Below, piece by piece: positions 48,250 to 57,708 of a DNA stretch of 64,000 nt; within the stretch, counting starts at the first letter, position 1; each line of letters starts with the position of its first letter. The position numbers and the translations under genes are program-made. The notes beneath the pieces are model-generated. The model did no database searches and was not told where the DNA came from. It saw only the letters and a list, made by a program, of their open reading frames with translations. This DNA comes from Candidatus Levyibacteriota bacterium (GTDB lineage Bacteria; Patescibacteriota; Microgenomatia; Levybacterales; UBA12049), in assembly GCA_016214555.1 (NCBI GenBank), contig JACROF010000002.1, positions 5,416 through 69,415 of the forward strand, read 5' to 3'.

Positions 48250-49458
48250 TTGCATTGTAGGATTGAAAAACGTATTATTGAGCATACTATGAATACAGTT
48301 TTGTGTCCTAAATGTGGGACAGAAGTTGAGATTACTCATGCTCTTCGTCATCAAATAGAAGCAGAGATTAAAAAAGATGAAGAAGAGAAGCATAAAATAG
48401 AGCTTGAAAAGGTAAAGCTTCAAGCTCAGAGTGATGCTGTAAAAAAAATTAAGGAAGAACAGGAATTGATCCTCAAAAATCTTCAGGAAGAAGCAAGAGA
48501 AGAAAAAGAAAAAAGGCAAAAAATGACTGATGAAATGTCACAGCTTATAAAGGAAAAAAGAGAGCTGCAGGCAAAAGACGAATTGAGAGAACTTGAAATG
48601 CAGAAAAAACTTGCTGAGGAAGAAATAAAAATCAAGCACGATGCACAAAAAAAAGCTGAGGAGGAGCAGCATACCAAAATTGCAGAATTGGAAAAAGCGA
48701 AAGCTGATGCTCTAAAAGAAATTGAGGACATGAGAAGAAAGCTTCAGCAAGGAAGTCAGCAGGCGCAAGGTGAGACTTTTGAGCTTGAGTTTGAACAGAT
48801 GTTGCGGACAGAGTTTCCTAACGATAAAATCTCTCCTGTTGCTAAAGGAACTCGTGGTGGGGATATTATTCATGAAGTGTGGGATAGCAAGGGAAGTTAT
48901 AATGGAAAGATTCTTTGGGAACTTAAGAACACAAAGTTGTGGTCTGAGGGGTGGGTAGACAAGTTAAAATCAGACAAAAGAGCGATCAATGCTGAAGAGG
49001 CTGTTATCATCTCTGATGTTCTCCCGGAGAAAATCCAAACAGCAGGTTATCGAAATGGTGTTTGGGTTACAAAAAAAATTTTTGTTATAGCACTCGCCAG
49101 TACTCTTAGAGCAAAACTAATTGAGATGTACTATGTCAAGCAGTCTGTCCAGGCAAAGGACGGAAAAATGGAAACAATGTATTCATATTTGTCTGGAACA
49201 GAGTTCAAGCATAGGGTTGAGGCAATTGTTGAGGCATTTAGTAACATGCAATCAGAAATTGAGAAAGAGAAAAGATATTTTATGACAAAGTGGGCAAGGG
49301 ATGAAAAGAACATTCGAATGGTCATCGATAATACCTATGGCATGCATGGAGACCTTAAGGCAATCGTTGGAAAAGTCCTTCCTCAAATAAAAGGAATTGA
49401 TAGTGAAAGTGATGATGCAAATCCAAGGCTAGCTCTTGATGCTACCAATGAAGCTTAA
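48250..49458 (+). CDS. DUF2130-like protein: N-terminal C4 zinc ribbon, long Lys/Glu coiled coil, C-terminal globular domain (likely start Met 48289)
   Basis: CPKCGTEV..H zinc ribbon. About 170 aa of heptad-rich KE repeats. Conserved C-terminal ...GDIIHEVWDSKG..ILWELKNTK.W. Overlaps rnhB start. Confidence 0.5.
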   Translation: MHCRIEKRIIEHTMNTVLCPKCGTEVEITHALRHQIEAEIKKDEEEKHKIELEKVKLQAQSDAVKKIKEEQELILKNLQEEAREEKEKRQKMTDEMSQLIKEKRELQAKDELRELEMQKKLAEEEIKIKHDAQKKAEEEQHTKIAELEKAKADALKEIEDMRRKLQQGSQQAQGETFELEFEQMLRTEFPNDKISPVAKGTRGGDIIHEVWDSKGSYNGKILWELKNTKLWSEGWVDKLKSDKRAINAEEAVIISDVLPEKIQTAGYRNGVWVTKKIFVIALASTLRAKLIEMYYVKQSVQAKDGKMETMYSYLSGTEFKHRVEAIVEAFSNMQSEIEKEKRYFMTKWARDEKNIRMVIDNTYGMHGDLKAIVGKVLPQIKGIDSESDDANPRLALDATNEA

Positions 49459-50068
49459 GACCACTTTTGATTACGAAAAAATACTCTGGGGGAAGGGCTT
49501 TAGCTATGTCGCGGGACTTGATGAGGTGGGGAGAGGTGCTTTTGCTGGACCAGTTGTTGTTGCAGCAGTTATTTTTTCAAAAAATATTATTTTTCATGAC
49601 AACGATCTATATAAAGTTACTGATTCCAAACTTCTAACGCCTCAGAAAAGAAAATTGTTGGCTGAGAAAATCAAAAATATCGCTCTTTGTTATGCTGTAG
49701 CAGAAGTATCAGTTGGTGTTATTAACGAAGTTGGCATTGGAAAAGCAACGCAGCAAGGGTTCCAAAAGGCGACAAGGATGCTTTCTACTCACCCAGATTT
49801 TTTATTAATAGATGCTTTCTATGTTGAAGGCGTTGACAGAAAAATCCAAATGCCAATTATTCATGGAGATGTGCTTTCATACTCGATTGCTGCCGCGTCG
49901 ATTCTAGCAAAGGTTTATAGAGACGAATATATGGAAAGTTTGGATGACGGGAAATATTTGTTTGCAAAGCATAAAGGGTATGGAACGCTCTACCATAGGC
50001 AAAAAATCAAAGAGCACGGACTGTCTAGCCATCATAGAACTTCATTTAGCCTCGAAAAGTACCTTTAG
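49436..50068 (+). CDS. rnhB: Ribonuclease HII
   Basis: AGLDEVGRGAFAGPVVVAAV..; D-S-K catalytic residues pattern. Confidence 0.85.
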   Translation: MMLPMKLKTTFDYEKILWGKGFSYVAGLDEVGRGAFAGPVVVAAVIFSKNIIFHDNDLYKVTDSKLLTPQKRKLLAEKIKNIALCYAVAEVSVGVINEVGIGKATQQGFQKATRMLSTHPDFLLIDAFYVEGVDRKIQMPIIHGDVLSYSIAAASILAKVYRDEYMESLDDGKYLFAKHKGYGTLYHRQKIKEHGLSSHHRTSFSLEKYL

Positions 50069-50182
50069 CTGATACTATCAGATATTGACAAACAGAAAGA
50101 ATAGAGCATACCATGAGATTGGTTACCTCTTCACGCCTTTCGTGGAGACTGTATATATACAGCATTGAAAGGAGGTGAGAAT

Positions 50183-50398
50183 ATGAGCGGACTAAAAGTA
50201 CTCGCATGGTGGCTTGTCATAATTGGAGCACTTAATTGGCTTCTTGTTGGTCTTGGAGCATGGCTTGGTGGAACAAGTTGGAATCTTGTTATGATGATAT
50301 TTGGCTCCATGCCAATGCTTGAAAATCTTGTCTATGTCCTCGTTGGTCTTTCCGGTTTGTGGTTGTTGTGGGACAAGATGATGGGAGGGAAAAAGTAA
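50183..50398 (+). CDS. DUF378 family small membrane protein
   Basis: RBS AAAGGAGGTG. LAWWLVIIGALNWLLVGL...LVYVLVGLSGLW. Confidence 0.6.
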   Translation: MSGLKVLAWWLVIIGALNWLLVGLGAWLGGTSWNLVMMIFGSMPMLENLVYVLVGLSGLWLLWDKMMGGKK

Positions 50399-50416
50399 GA
50401 GTTTATAGCACAAGGA

Positions 50417-50448
50417 AGACACGCAGCATCTGTGTGTCTTTCTTTTTA
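50417..50448 (+). terminator. Rho-independent terminator (AGACACGCAG..CTGTGTGTCT + T-run)
   Basis: Read directly downstream of the DUF378 gene. Confidence 0.6.
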
Positions 50449-50463
50449 TAGTGAGCCTGAGAG
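50444..50463. repeat. Direct repeat copy of tRNA-Lys(CTT) 3' end (TTTTATAGTGAGCCTGAGAG)
   Basis: Same about 20-nt string recurs at 50556..50575, where it is the 3' acceptor/T-arm end of tRNA-Lys. Confidence 0.55.
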
Positions 50464-50562
50464 CCCTCTTCGAGGATTTCGTTCTACCAAACTCAAGATT
50501 CGCAACGAGCCTATCAAAGTCGACCATTAAAAAACTCCAGCAGCGTGGAGTTCTTTTAATAG

Positions 50563-50634
50563 TGAGCCTGAGAGGATTCGAACCTCTAACCAATACCTTA
50601 AGAGGGTACTGCTCTACCGTTGAGCTACAGGCCC
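50563..50634 (-). tRNA. tRNA-Lys (anticodon CTT)
   Basis: Reverse complement GGGCCTGTAGCTCAACGGTAGAGCAGTACCCTCTTAAGGTATTGGTTAGAGGTTCGAATCCTCTCAGGCTCA. Anticodon loop CTCTTAA. Confidence 0.8.
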
Positions 50635-50711
50635 TAAGAATAATTCAGAGTTAAGAATCAACAATTCAGAATAATTTTGAATTTTGAACTCTGCATTCTA
50701 AATTTATTTTG

Positions 50712-50785
50712 TACGCCTGGAGGGACTTGAACCCCCGACCCCTTCGTCCGAAGCGAAGTGCTCTAATCCGCTGAGCTACAGGCGC
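50712..50785 (-). tRNA. tRNA-Arg (anticodon TCG)
   Basis: Reverse complement GCGCCTGTAGCTCAGCGGATTAGAGCACTTCGCTTCGGACGAAGGGGTCGGGGGTTCAAGTCCCTCCAGGCGTA. Anticodon loop CTTCGGA. Confidence 0.8.
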
Positions 50786-50887
50786 AAAACTACGTTTTGA
50801 TTGTATCAGAGATCTGGCCTCAAATTCAAACAATTCTGCCTACACAGACTGCTTGCCAAAATTTCACAAGATTGAGATACTGAGAGG

Positions 50888-51946
50888 ATGAAAAAGCATA
50901 TCGCTAAAATTGTTTGGTTCCGACAGCATAAATGGATCTCTCTTATAATTTTTTTGCTTCTTGTTGTTGTCTTTATTTTTTTCCGACCAAAGCCACCACC
51001 TGAAATTCCCACAGAAGAGGTAAAACAAGGGAAAATCGTTGAACTTCTGACATCATCTGGGAGTATTCAGGCAAAGGAGTCAGTTTCTCTTTCATTTTTG
51101 GCAGGTGGTAAGTTGTCATATGTAGGTGTTAAAAAAGGGTCTGTTGTTAAAAAAGGTCAAACAATCGCCATTGTTGATCAAAAAAGTGCTCAAATCAATC
51201 TGCAAAATTCCCTTATTGATTATGCAAAGCAACGAAGTACCTTTGAGCAAACAAAATCAGATAACGGCGGGAGATCAGTCCAAGATGCTCTTAGTGATGC
51301 AATGAAACGTGTGTTGGAAGACAACCAGTACGATCTTGAAAAGGCTGTAAATTCAGTAGAGCTCTATGATCTTACTAAGCAAAACCTGGCACTTTACTCG
51401 CCAATTGATGGAATTGTAACCAGAGCCGATGCTGTGACAACAGGCGTTAACATAGGCGCAACTACTACCTACACAATTGTGAATCCTAAATCTTTAGTAT
51501 TTGAAATCGATGTTGATGAGACAGATATCGCAAAGGTTGATGATGGCTATGAAGTTCAAATTATTTTAGAAGCATATCCTAATGATCGTATTTTCACTAA
51601 AGTACTTTCTAAAGACTTTGCAAGTCACAAAACAGATACAGGAGGTAATGCATATACGGTTACTGCCTCTCTTCCGCTGTCTGCAAAGTTTGACTACCTC
51701 TTAGGAATGAACGGGGATGCGGATATTGTTCTTGCTAAAAAAGTAAACGCTGTAATTATTCCAATTGTAAGCCTTGAAGACGAAAAGTATGTTTATGTGA
51801 AAAATAAAAATGGATATGAAAAAAGAGAAGTTGTTACTGGACTTACCTCAGACACAGAAATTGAAGTTATTAAAGGTGTAGTTGAAGGGGAGAAAGTTGC
51901 ATTACAACCAGAGGAGGCAAGTAAGCAGGTTGTTAAGAAGAAATGA
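50888..51946 (+). CDS. Efflux transporter periplasmic adaptor subunit (HlyD/MacA-like)
   Basis: N-terminal TM anchor. Lipoyl-like hairpin (G.I.A.....V) and beta-barrel segments. ATGA overlap with the ABC ATPase. Confidence 0.65.
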   Translation: MKKHIAKIVWFRQHKWISLIIFLLLVVVFIFFRPKPPPEIPTEEVKQGKIVELLTSSGSIQAKESVSLSFLAGGKLSYVGVKKGSVVKKGQTIAIVDQKSAQINLQNSLIDYAKQRSTFEQTKSDNGGRSVQDALSDAMKRVLEDNQYDLEKAVNSVELYDLTKQNLALYSPIDGIVTRADAVTTGVNIGATTTYTIVNPKSLVFEIDVDETDIAKVDDGYEVQIILEAYPNDRIFTKVLSKDFASHKTDTGGNAYTVTASLPLSAKFDYLLGMNGDADIVLAKKVNAVIIPIVSLEDEKYVYVKNKNGYEKREVVTGLTSDTEIEVIKGVVEGEKVALQPEEASKQVVKKK

Positions 51947-52635
51947 AGCAAGATGAAGAAAAACATTTGGTAATTGAACTTTCAAATATTTCTAAGGATT
52001 ATATTTCTGATGAAATTGTCACCCATGTTCTTCACAATGTTTCTCTACAAGTATGGAAGGGTGAATTCATTGCAATAATTGGGCCATCTGGTTCTGGAAA
52101 ATCTACACTCCTTAATATAATTGGATTACTTGATGTTGCGACTGGTGGAACATATCAGCTAAGTTCTCAAAATGTCACAAATTTGACAGAAGACGAACTC
52201 GCCAGGGTAAGAAATAAAGAAATTGGATTTGTTTTTCAGCAATTCAATCTCCTCAAAAGAATGACTGTTTTGGACAATGTGATTCTCCCTTCAATCTATT
52301 CTGGAATTAGTAGCACTTTAAGAGTAAAAAATGCAAAAGAATTACTAATCCGCCTTGGACTTGAGGAGCAAATGCATAAGAAACCAAACCAGCTATCAGG
52401 CGGACAGCAACAGCGTGTCGCGATAGCAAGAGCTCTCATGAATTCTCCATCACTAATTTTAGCTGATGAGCCAACAGGAAATCTTGACTCGAAATCAGGC
52501 GAGGAAGTTATGAAAATACTCAAAGAGCTCAACGCTCAAGGGAATACCATTATTATGATTACGCACGAAAAAGATATCGCAGATCAAGCTCAGCGTGTAA
52601 TTTATATAAAAGATGGAAAGGTTCAAAATCCATAA
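51943..52635 (+). CDS. ABC transporter ATP-binding protein (MacB/LolD-type)
   Basis: Walker [10 protein letters not shown]; signature [15 protein letters not shown]; Walker [12 protein letters not shown]. Confidence 0.85.
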   Translation: MKQDEEKHLVIELSNISKDYISDEIVTHVLHNVSLQVWKGEFIAIIGPSGSGKSTLLNIIGLLDVATGGTYQLSSQNVTNLTEDELARVRNKEIGFVFQQFNLLKRMTVLDNVILPSIYSGISSTLRVKNAKELLIRLGLEEQMHKKPNQLSGGQQQRVAIARALMNSPSLILADEPTGNLDSKSGEEVMKILKELNAQGNTIIMITHEKDIADQAQRVIYIKDGKVQNP

Positions 52636-52641
52636 AGTTAT

Positions 52642-53829
52642 ATGCATAAAAAAGAGTTAATTAACTTAGCCTTATCTTCACTCAGATCAAATAAATTACG
52701 TAGTGCCCTCACCACGCTTGGCATTATTATTGGTGTCTTTTCTGTCATTCTTTTAGTAGCGCTTGGTAACGGATTGCAGAAATATATCACAGATCAAATA
52801 TCTGGCCTTGGTTCAAATATCCTTTTTGTACTACCTGGAAAAGTTGGTGGAACACAAGGTCCAGGAGATAGCATTAACAAATTAACAGTTGCAAACGCAA
52901 AATATCTAGAAAGTCGCATAAATAGTATCGCTCTTGTTAGTCCTCTTATTTCAAAAATTACTACGGTCAAATATCAAAATAAATCCAATAAGAACACCCA
53001 GGTGTGGGGAACGTCTTCGTCTTTCCCAGATATCATAAAAACAGATTTAGTAAGAGGCAGTTTTTTTACGACAGCACAAGAAAAAAGTGGCGGAAAGGTG
53101 GCTGTTATCGGACAAACAGTCGTTAAAAATTTGTTTCCAACATCAGACCCAATAGGTAAAAAAGTGCTTATTTCTGGAGGCAGGTATACAGTCATTGGCG
53201 TGTCAGCTAAAAAAGGCTCTTCGTTTGGGCAGGATCAAGATAATGTCATAGTTATACCTTTTTCAGCAGCTCGCAAACAGTTTTCAATAGATACTGTTAA
53301 CTATATTTATCTTTCAGCAAAGTCTCCTGAGCTGGTAACCTTTGTCAAAAAAAGAGCCACAGAAATTTTACTTAGCAGATTTGAAGAGGATGACTTTACC
53401 ATCATGACTCAAGAACAAACACTTCAAACTGTTACAAGCATTACAAGTGTTTTGACTATTGCTCTTGGAGGTATCGCTGCAATTTCTCTCCTTGTTGGAG
53501 GTATTGGTGTTATGAATATCATGCTTGTCTCGGTTACGGAGCGAACAAAAGAGATTGGTCTTCGTAAAGCTCTTGGCGCCAGAAGAATTGACATATTACT
53601 CCAGTTTTTACTTGAGGCAGTAACACTTTCTCTTGTTGGTGGGTTGACAGGAATACTGCTAGGATTTCTTGTGTCACTAATTGTTTCGCAATTTTTTGTT
53701 GCAGATATTACTCCATGGTCTGTCATACTTGCGTTCTTTTTCTCTGTAGCAGTTGGAATTGTTTTTGGGATTGCTCCAGCGATTCGCGCATCAAGACTTT
53801 CGCCAATTGAGGCACTTAGGTATGAGTAA
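52642..53829 (+). CDS. ABC transporter permease (MacB_PCD + FtsX domain)
   Basis: N-terminal TM. Large periplasmic domain. C-terminal FtsX-like 3 TM with ..GIGVMNIMLVSVTERT.EIG.RKA.GA. Confidence 0.8.
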   Translation: MHKKELINLALSSLRSNKLRSALTTLGIIIGVFSVILLVALGNGLQKYITDQISGLGSNILFVLPGKVGGTQGPGDSINKLTVANAKYLESRINSIALVSPLISKITTVKYQNKSNKNTQVWGTSSSFPDIIKTDLVRGSFFTTAQEKSGGKVAVIGQTVVKNLFPTSDPIGKKVLISGGRYTVIGVSAKKGSSFGQDQDNVIVIPFSAARKQFSIDTVNYIYLSAKSPELVTFVKKRATEILLSRFEEDDFTIMTQEQTLQTVTSITSVLTIALGGIAAISLLVGGIGVMNIMLVSVTERTKEIGLRKALGARRIDILLQFLLEAVTLSLVGGLTGILLGFLVSLIVSQFFVADITPWSVILAFFFSVAVGIVFGIAPAIRASRLSPIEALRYE

Positions 53830-53875
53830 TTTTGCATCATGTGCGTAATTTCGGTACAATTGTAGTGGTGCAACT

Positions 53876-54457
53876 ATGAATAGTATGAAAAAACTTGCAA
53901 GAAAAATTCGATATTCATATCGATCTTTGCCAGACAAAAAGCAGTACGTAGAATTCTTTACAGCTCTTCTTACAGTTCCTGTGCTTTTAACAGTAATTAT
54001 TCTTAACCTTAATAACTTAAAAGGAAATCAAAAAGCTAATGCTCCAACAGCTACACCAGAGGCCAATAGACCAATTTTTGTTACGGTTGCAAAAGGTAGT
54101 GATGAATCACCTTCACCGACTCCACAAAACACGGTTTGTAAAAAAGGAATTGGACCAATTGCTATCTCATCTCCCGAGGAGGGAGATGTCATTTCTGAGA
54201 GTCCAATTCAAGTAAGCATTAACTATCAGCAAGAGGATTTTTGCTCGGTTGTATGGGCATACAGAATAAATAATGGACGTTTTTCTGATTATGACGATCG
54301 ATCTATTGCTCTTTTTAATCCTCCAAAGGGTACTATTAATTTTCAACTAAAAGTTAAGAGTATTGTTACTGGAGAGGAGAAAATTCTTAATAGAACATTT
54401 ACCTACAATGGTAGTAATATTGATACTCAAAATTCTGCTTCCACATCAGGTAACTAA
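53876..54457 (+). CDS. Membrane-anchored secreted hypothetical protein (Ig-like C-terminal region)
   Basis: TM anchor, Pro/Thr linker. ATGA overlap with the downstream giant membrane protein. Confidence 0.4.
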   Translation: MNSMKKLARKIRYSYRSLPDKKQYVEFFTALLTVPVLLTVIILNLNNLKGNQKANAPTATPEANRPIFVTVAKGSDESPSPTPQNTVCKKGIGPIAISSPEEGDVISESPIQVSINYQQEDFCSVVWAYRINNGRFSDYDDRSIALFNPPKGTINFQLKVKSIVTGEEKILNRTFTYNGSNIDTQNSASTSGN

Positions 54458-56835
54458 TGAGAGACAGTAAGAGAATACGTCACATATTGCAGTTTTCCTT
54501 AGGATGGCCATTATCACTTGTGGCCCTTTTTTTTCTAGGAAAAACTTTTACTACTCAACTCTCACACGTTTCATCTGATCTTACAAAAGGCAATATTTTC
54601 TTGTACTTGGTTGCCATTATGTGTTTTATTGCTTACTTCTATCTTAGAAGTCTCATTTGGTATAAATTGCTTAGTTTCATGGGTTACAAGCTTGAAGCAA
54701 AGGAGTCAATATTTAGCTGGTCGTTTGCTCAGCTCAAGCGCTATATTCCAGGAAACATTTGGGGAATTGTTGGAGTATCCTTGTATTTTGAAAAGCATAA
54801 TGTTACCAAAAAAGAGTTAGCAAAGGCATTTATTGTTGAGTCTGAGGTAGTGTTAATTGCTGGCTTAATTGTTTCAATACTTGGCCTGCCAATTCTATTT
54901 AATGTACTTCAACTACAAAGCATTTCTTCTTTTATTATTGAGTTGTATACTCTTTTTCTTATCATTGGGACGGTTTTATACATATATAGCAACAGGATTG
55001 CAGTCTATGTGCCTGAGAAATTGTCACTTATTAAAAACATTTTTCCGCAGTTGAGCGCTCAACACATTGTCCTTCTTCTTACTTTTATGACTCTATCATT
55101 TATTTGTTATGGAGTTGGTACGTATTTTGTAGTATCTGCAGTTTATTATGTAGATCCACATAATTTTCTTGCAATTTCGAGCTATTTAGTACTTTCTCTT
55201 GTTGTTGGGTTTCTGTCAATTATTACACCATCAGGCTTAGGAGTGAGGGAGGGAGTTATGGCGGTTGGGCTATCAAGATTTATTCCTGCATCAGCTGCAG
55301 CCTTTTCTTCATTGATGGCAAGAATTGTACTCATCTTTTCTGAACTTCTTTTTCTTTTGGTGATGTTTTTGATTTTAAAAATTAAAAAGGGAATTCCACT
55401 AAAAGCACTACAAGTAGTTATGCATCATCCATATGAGGCTGTGCTGGTTGTCTTGTATGGAATATTTGCAACTTATTTTTCATGGATTAGCAATCTTCGC
55501 TATGAACAGTATTACACAGGAAGATTTGATCTTGGAAATATGGCACAAACTGTATGGAACACTTTGCATGGAAATATATTTGAGTTAACAGACCCAAATG
55601 GAACTGAAATTGTTTCGCGACTTGCCTTTCATGCCGATTTTTTTCTCATTCTCCTTGCTCCATTTTATGGACTATGGCAAGATCCACGACTACTTCTTGT
55701 CATTCAGGCTGTTGTGACAGGGGCTGGCGCATTTTTTGTATATGCAATAGCAAGAAATGTGCTCAAAGATAAATCGTTGTCTCTTGTGTTGTCAATTCTT
55801 TATCTTCTTAATCCTAGCATGCAGCGATCTGTGATCTATGACTTTCATGCCGTAACGCTTGCGACAACGTTTCTTCTTGGTGCGTGGTATTTCGTTTCTA
55901 AAAAAAGATACGGGTGGTTTTTAATTTTTATTATCCTTGCTGCATTAACAAAAGAGCAAATTTGGGTAATTGGTGCTATTTTTGGACTCTATGTTGCAAT
56001 AAGACAAAAAATGGTGCTTTTTGGTACAACAATTTTTTTCGTATCGGCATTCGTTTTTTATCTTCTCATCTGGCATGCAATTCCAGCTGCTTCAGGCTCA
56101 CAGCACTTCGCCTTGAGTTATTATGGAAATACTACTTCTTCACCAACATCACTTATTGGTACCTATATTTCATCACCAGAAAAAGTAATTGGAATTATAT
56201 TTGATAGTGAACGAGTTTCATATTTTCACAAATTATTAGCGCCTCTTGGATTCCTCTCCTTAGGAGCCCCGCTATTTCTTATTTTTGCTGCGCCAGATTT
56301 GGGTATAAATGTTCTCAGTGTCAAGTCTGAGCTTTATCAAATTTATTATCAATATACTGCTGCGATCACTCCATTTTTGTTTGTATCTGCAATTTATTCA
56401 ATTCGTCTTATTAACAAAAAATTAAAGTGGGTGACTTTCCCTTTCATTATTATTTATCTTATAAGTGTTGGAGGATACTATTCATGGACCTATGGTCCTT
56501 TGCCTGGGTCACGAGAGGCAAATTTGGCAATGATTACAAAACCCATGCGGAATAAAGAGGCCATCGATCGTTTGATAGCGTCTATTCCTAAAGAGTATTC
56601 AGTCGCAACAAGTAACAGTATCGGATCCCACTTATCAGACAGGAGGTATCTTTTTACCATTCCTGTTGGGTCAACATCAGCAGATTTTCTTATTATTAAC
56701 CGGAATGATTCCAATCCTTCTCCTTCACGGACGTTCCATTTGAAGATTATCGAGGATAGAAAATTAGATCCTGCCTATGTGGTTTATTATAACGACGACA
56801 ATATTATTGCATTTCGGAAAAAGAACATAAAGTAG
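54457..56835 (+). CDS. Large polytopic membrane protein: N-terminal flippase-like (LPG synthase TM-like) region + C-terminal DUF2079-like domain
   Basis: 792 aa, about 20 TM helices. Second half begins RFDLGNMAQTVWNTLHGN, reminiscent of DUF2079. Family call is from memory only. Confidence 0.45.
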   Translation: MRDSKRIRHILQFSLGWPLSLVALFFLGKTFTTQLSHVSSDLTKGNIFLYLVAIMCFIAYFYLRSLIWYKLLSFMGYKLEAKESIFSWSFAQLKRYIPGNIWGIVGVSLYFEKHNVTKKELAKAFIVESEVVLIAGLIVSILGLPILFNVLQLQSISSFIIELYTLFLIIGTVLYIYSNRIAVYVPEKLSLIKNIFPQLSAQHIVLLLTFMTLSFICYGVGTYFVVSAVYYVDPHNFLAISSYLVLSLVVGFLSIITPSGLGVREGVMAVGLSRFIPASAAAFSSLMARIVLIFSELLFLLVMFLILKIKKGIPLKALQVVMHHPYEAVLVVLYGIFATYFSWISNLRYEQYYTGRFDLGNMAQTVWNTLHGNIFELTDPNGTEIVSRLAFHADFFLILLAPFYGLWQDPRLLLVIQAVVTGAGAFFVYAIARNVLKDKSLSLVLSILYLLNPSMQRSVIYDFHAVTLATTFLLGAWYFVSKKRYGWFLIFIILAALTKEQIWVIGAIFGLYVAIRQKMVLFGTTIFFVSAFVFYLLIWHAIPAASGSQHFALSYYGNTTSSPTSLIGTYISSPEKVIGIIFDSERVSYFHKLLAPLGFLSLGAPLFLIFAAPDLGINVLSVKSELYQIYYQYTAAITPFLFVSAIYSIRLINKKLKWVTFPFIIIYLISVGGYYSWTYGPLPGSREANLAMITKPMRNKEAIDRLIASIPKEYSVATSNSIGSHLSDRRYLFTIPVGSTSADFLIINRNDSNPSPSRTFHLKIIEDRKLDPAYVVYYNDDNIIAFRKKNIK

Positions 56836-56841
56836 AAAGAC

Positions 56842-57684
56842 TTGCTTCTGAATACAAAAAGTCATTATCATAATAGTATGATACATGTCATTAAAGCTGA
56901 TGGGACAAAGGAGCAGTACAGCGAAGAAAAAGTAAAAAATTCTATCAAGAGAGCAGGCCTTTCTGAAGCACTATCACAAAAAGTCCTTAAGGCTGTTCAT
57001 GAAAAGCTTTACGATGAGATCCCAACCTATGATATTTATGGCATTATTGCCCAAGCTCTTTCTGACTCAGAAGAACCGCATAGTAAGTCCAAATATAGTC
57101 TCAAACAAGCAATTATGATGCTTGGCCCAACGGGTTTTCCTTTTGAGGACTTTATTGGGAAGATTCTTAGTGAGTTGGGGTATACTACCAAAACCCGAGA
57201 AGTACTTGATGGAAGATGTGTTACGCATGAGGTAGATGTGAGTGCGGAAAAAAATGGTAAAAAATATCTTGTTGAAGCAAAATTTCATAACAACCCCGGG
57301 TCAAGATCTGAGATTCAAGTTGCTTTGTATGTTAAATCTCGATTCGAAGATCTAAAAGATAGGTACAAATTTGAGGAGGCGTGGATTGTGACCAACACAA
57401 AAGCAACGATAGATGCCAAGACCTATGCGGGTTGTTCAGGGATGAAAATTATTAGCTGGGATTATCCAGAACAAGGTTCGCTTAGAGATATGATTGAGTC
57501 ATCCAATCTCCATCCAGTTACTCTTCTTAGTACGCTTAATACGGCGCAAAAAGCTAGACTATTAGCAAATCATATTGTCCTTTGCAAAGATCTTGATAAA
57601 GCATCGTTGATTGAGACCTTAGGATTATCTCCAGAGGAAATTAAAGAAACACTTGATGAGCTTGCCTATATCTGTCGTAGATAA
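56842..57684 (+). CDS. ATP-cone domain fused to PD-(D/E)xK (Mrr-like) restriction-endonuclease-like domain (likely start Met 56878)
   Basis: N-terminal IHVIKADGTKEQYSEEKVKNSIKRAG (ATP-cone). Nuclease core HEVDVSAEKNGKKYLVEAKFH (D...E.K). Confidence 0.55.
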   Translation: MLLNTKSHYHNSMIHVIKADGTKEQYSEEKVKNSIKRAGLSEALSQKVLKAVHEKLYDEIPTYDIYGIIAQALSDSEEPHSKSKYSLKQAIMMLGPTGFPFEDFIGKILSELGYTTKTREVLDGRCVTHEVDVSAEKNGKKYLVEAKFHNNPGSRSEIQVALYVKSRFEDLKDRYKFEEAWIVTNTKATIDAKTYAGCSGMKIISWDYPEQGSLRDMIESSNLHPVTLLSTLNTAQKARLLANHIVLCKDLDKASLIETLGLSPEEIKETLDELAYICRR

Positions 57685-57708
57685 TTCAGTAAGTAGTATA
57701 ATACGACG

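Noticed and set aside
48483-48731. Ser/Cys/Phe low-complexity 82-aa ORF on the minus strand
   Set aside because: Antisense to the KE-rich coiled-coil coding region of the DUF2130-like gene. Low-complexity mirror ORF.
50192-50654. ORFs 50192..50593 (-) and 50451..50654 (+)
   Set aside because: The first is antisense to the DUF378 gene and the tRNA-Lys region. The second (..RGFEPLTNTLRGYCSTVELQ) is an antisense translation of tRNA-Lys(CTT).
50640-50700. 7-bp inverted repeat CAGAGTT...AACTCTG between tRNA-Lys and tRNA-Arg
   Set aside because: Considered as a tRNA terminator, but there is no adjacent T-run on either strand and the stem is short and AT-rich.
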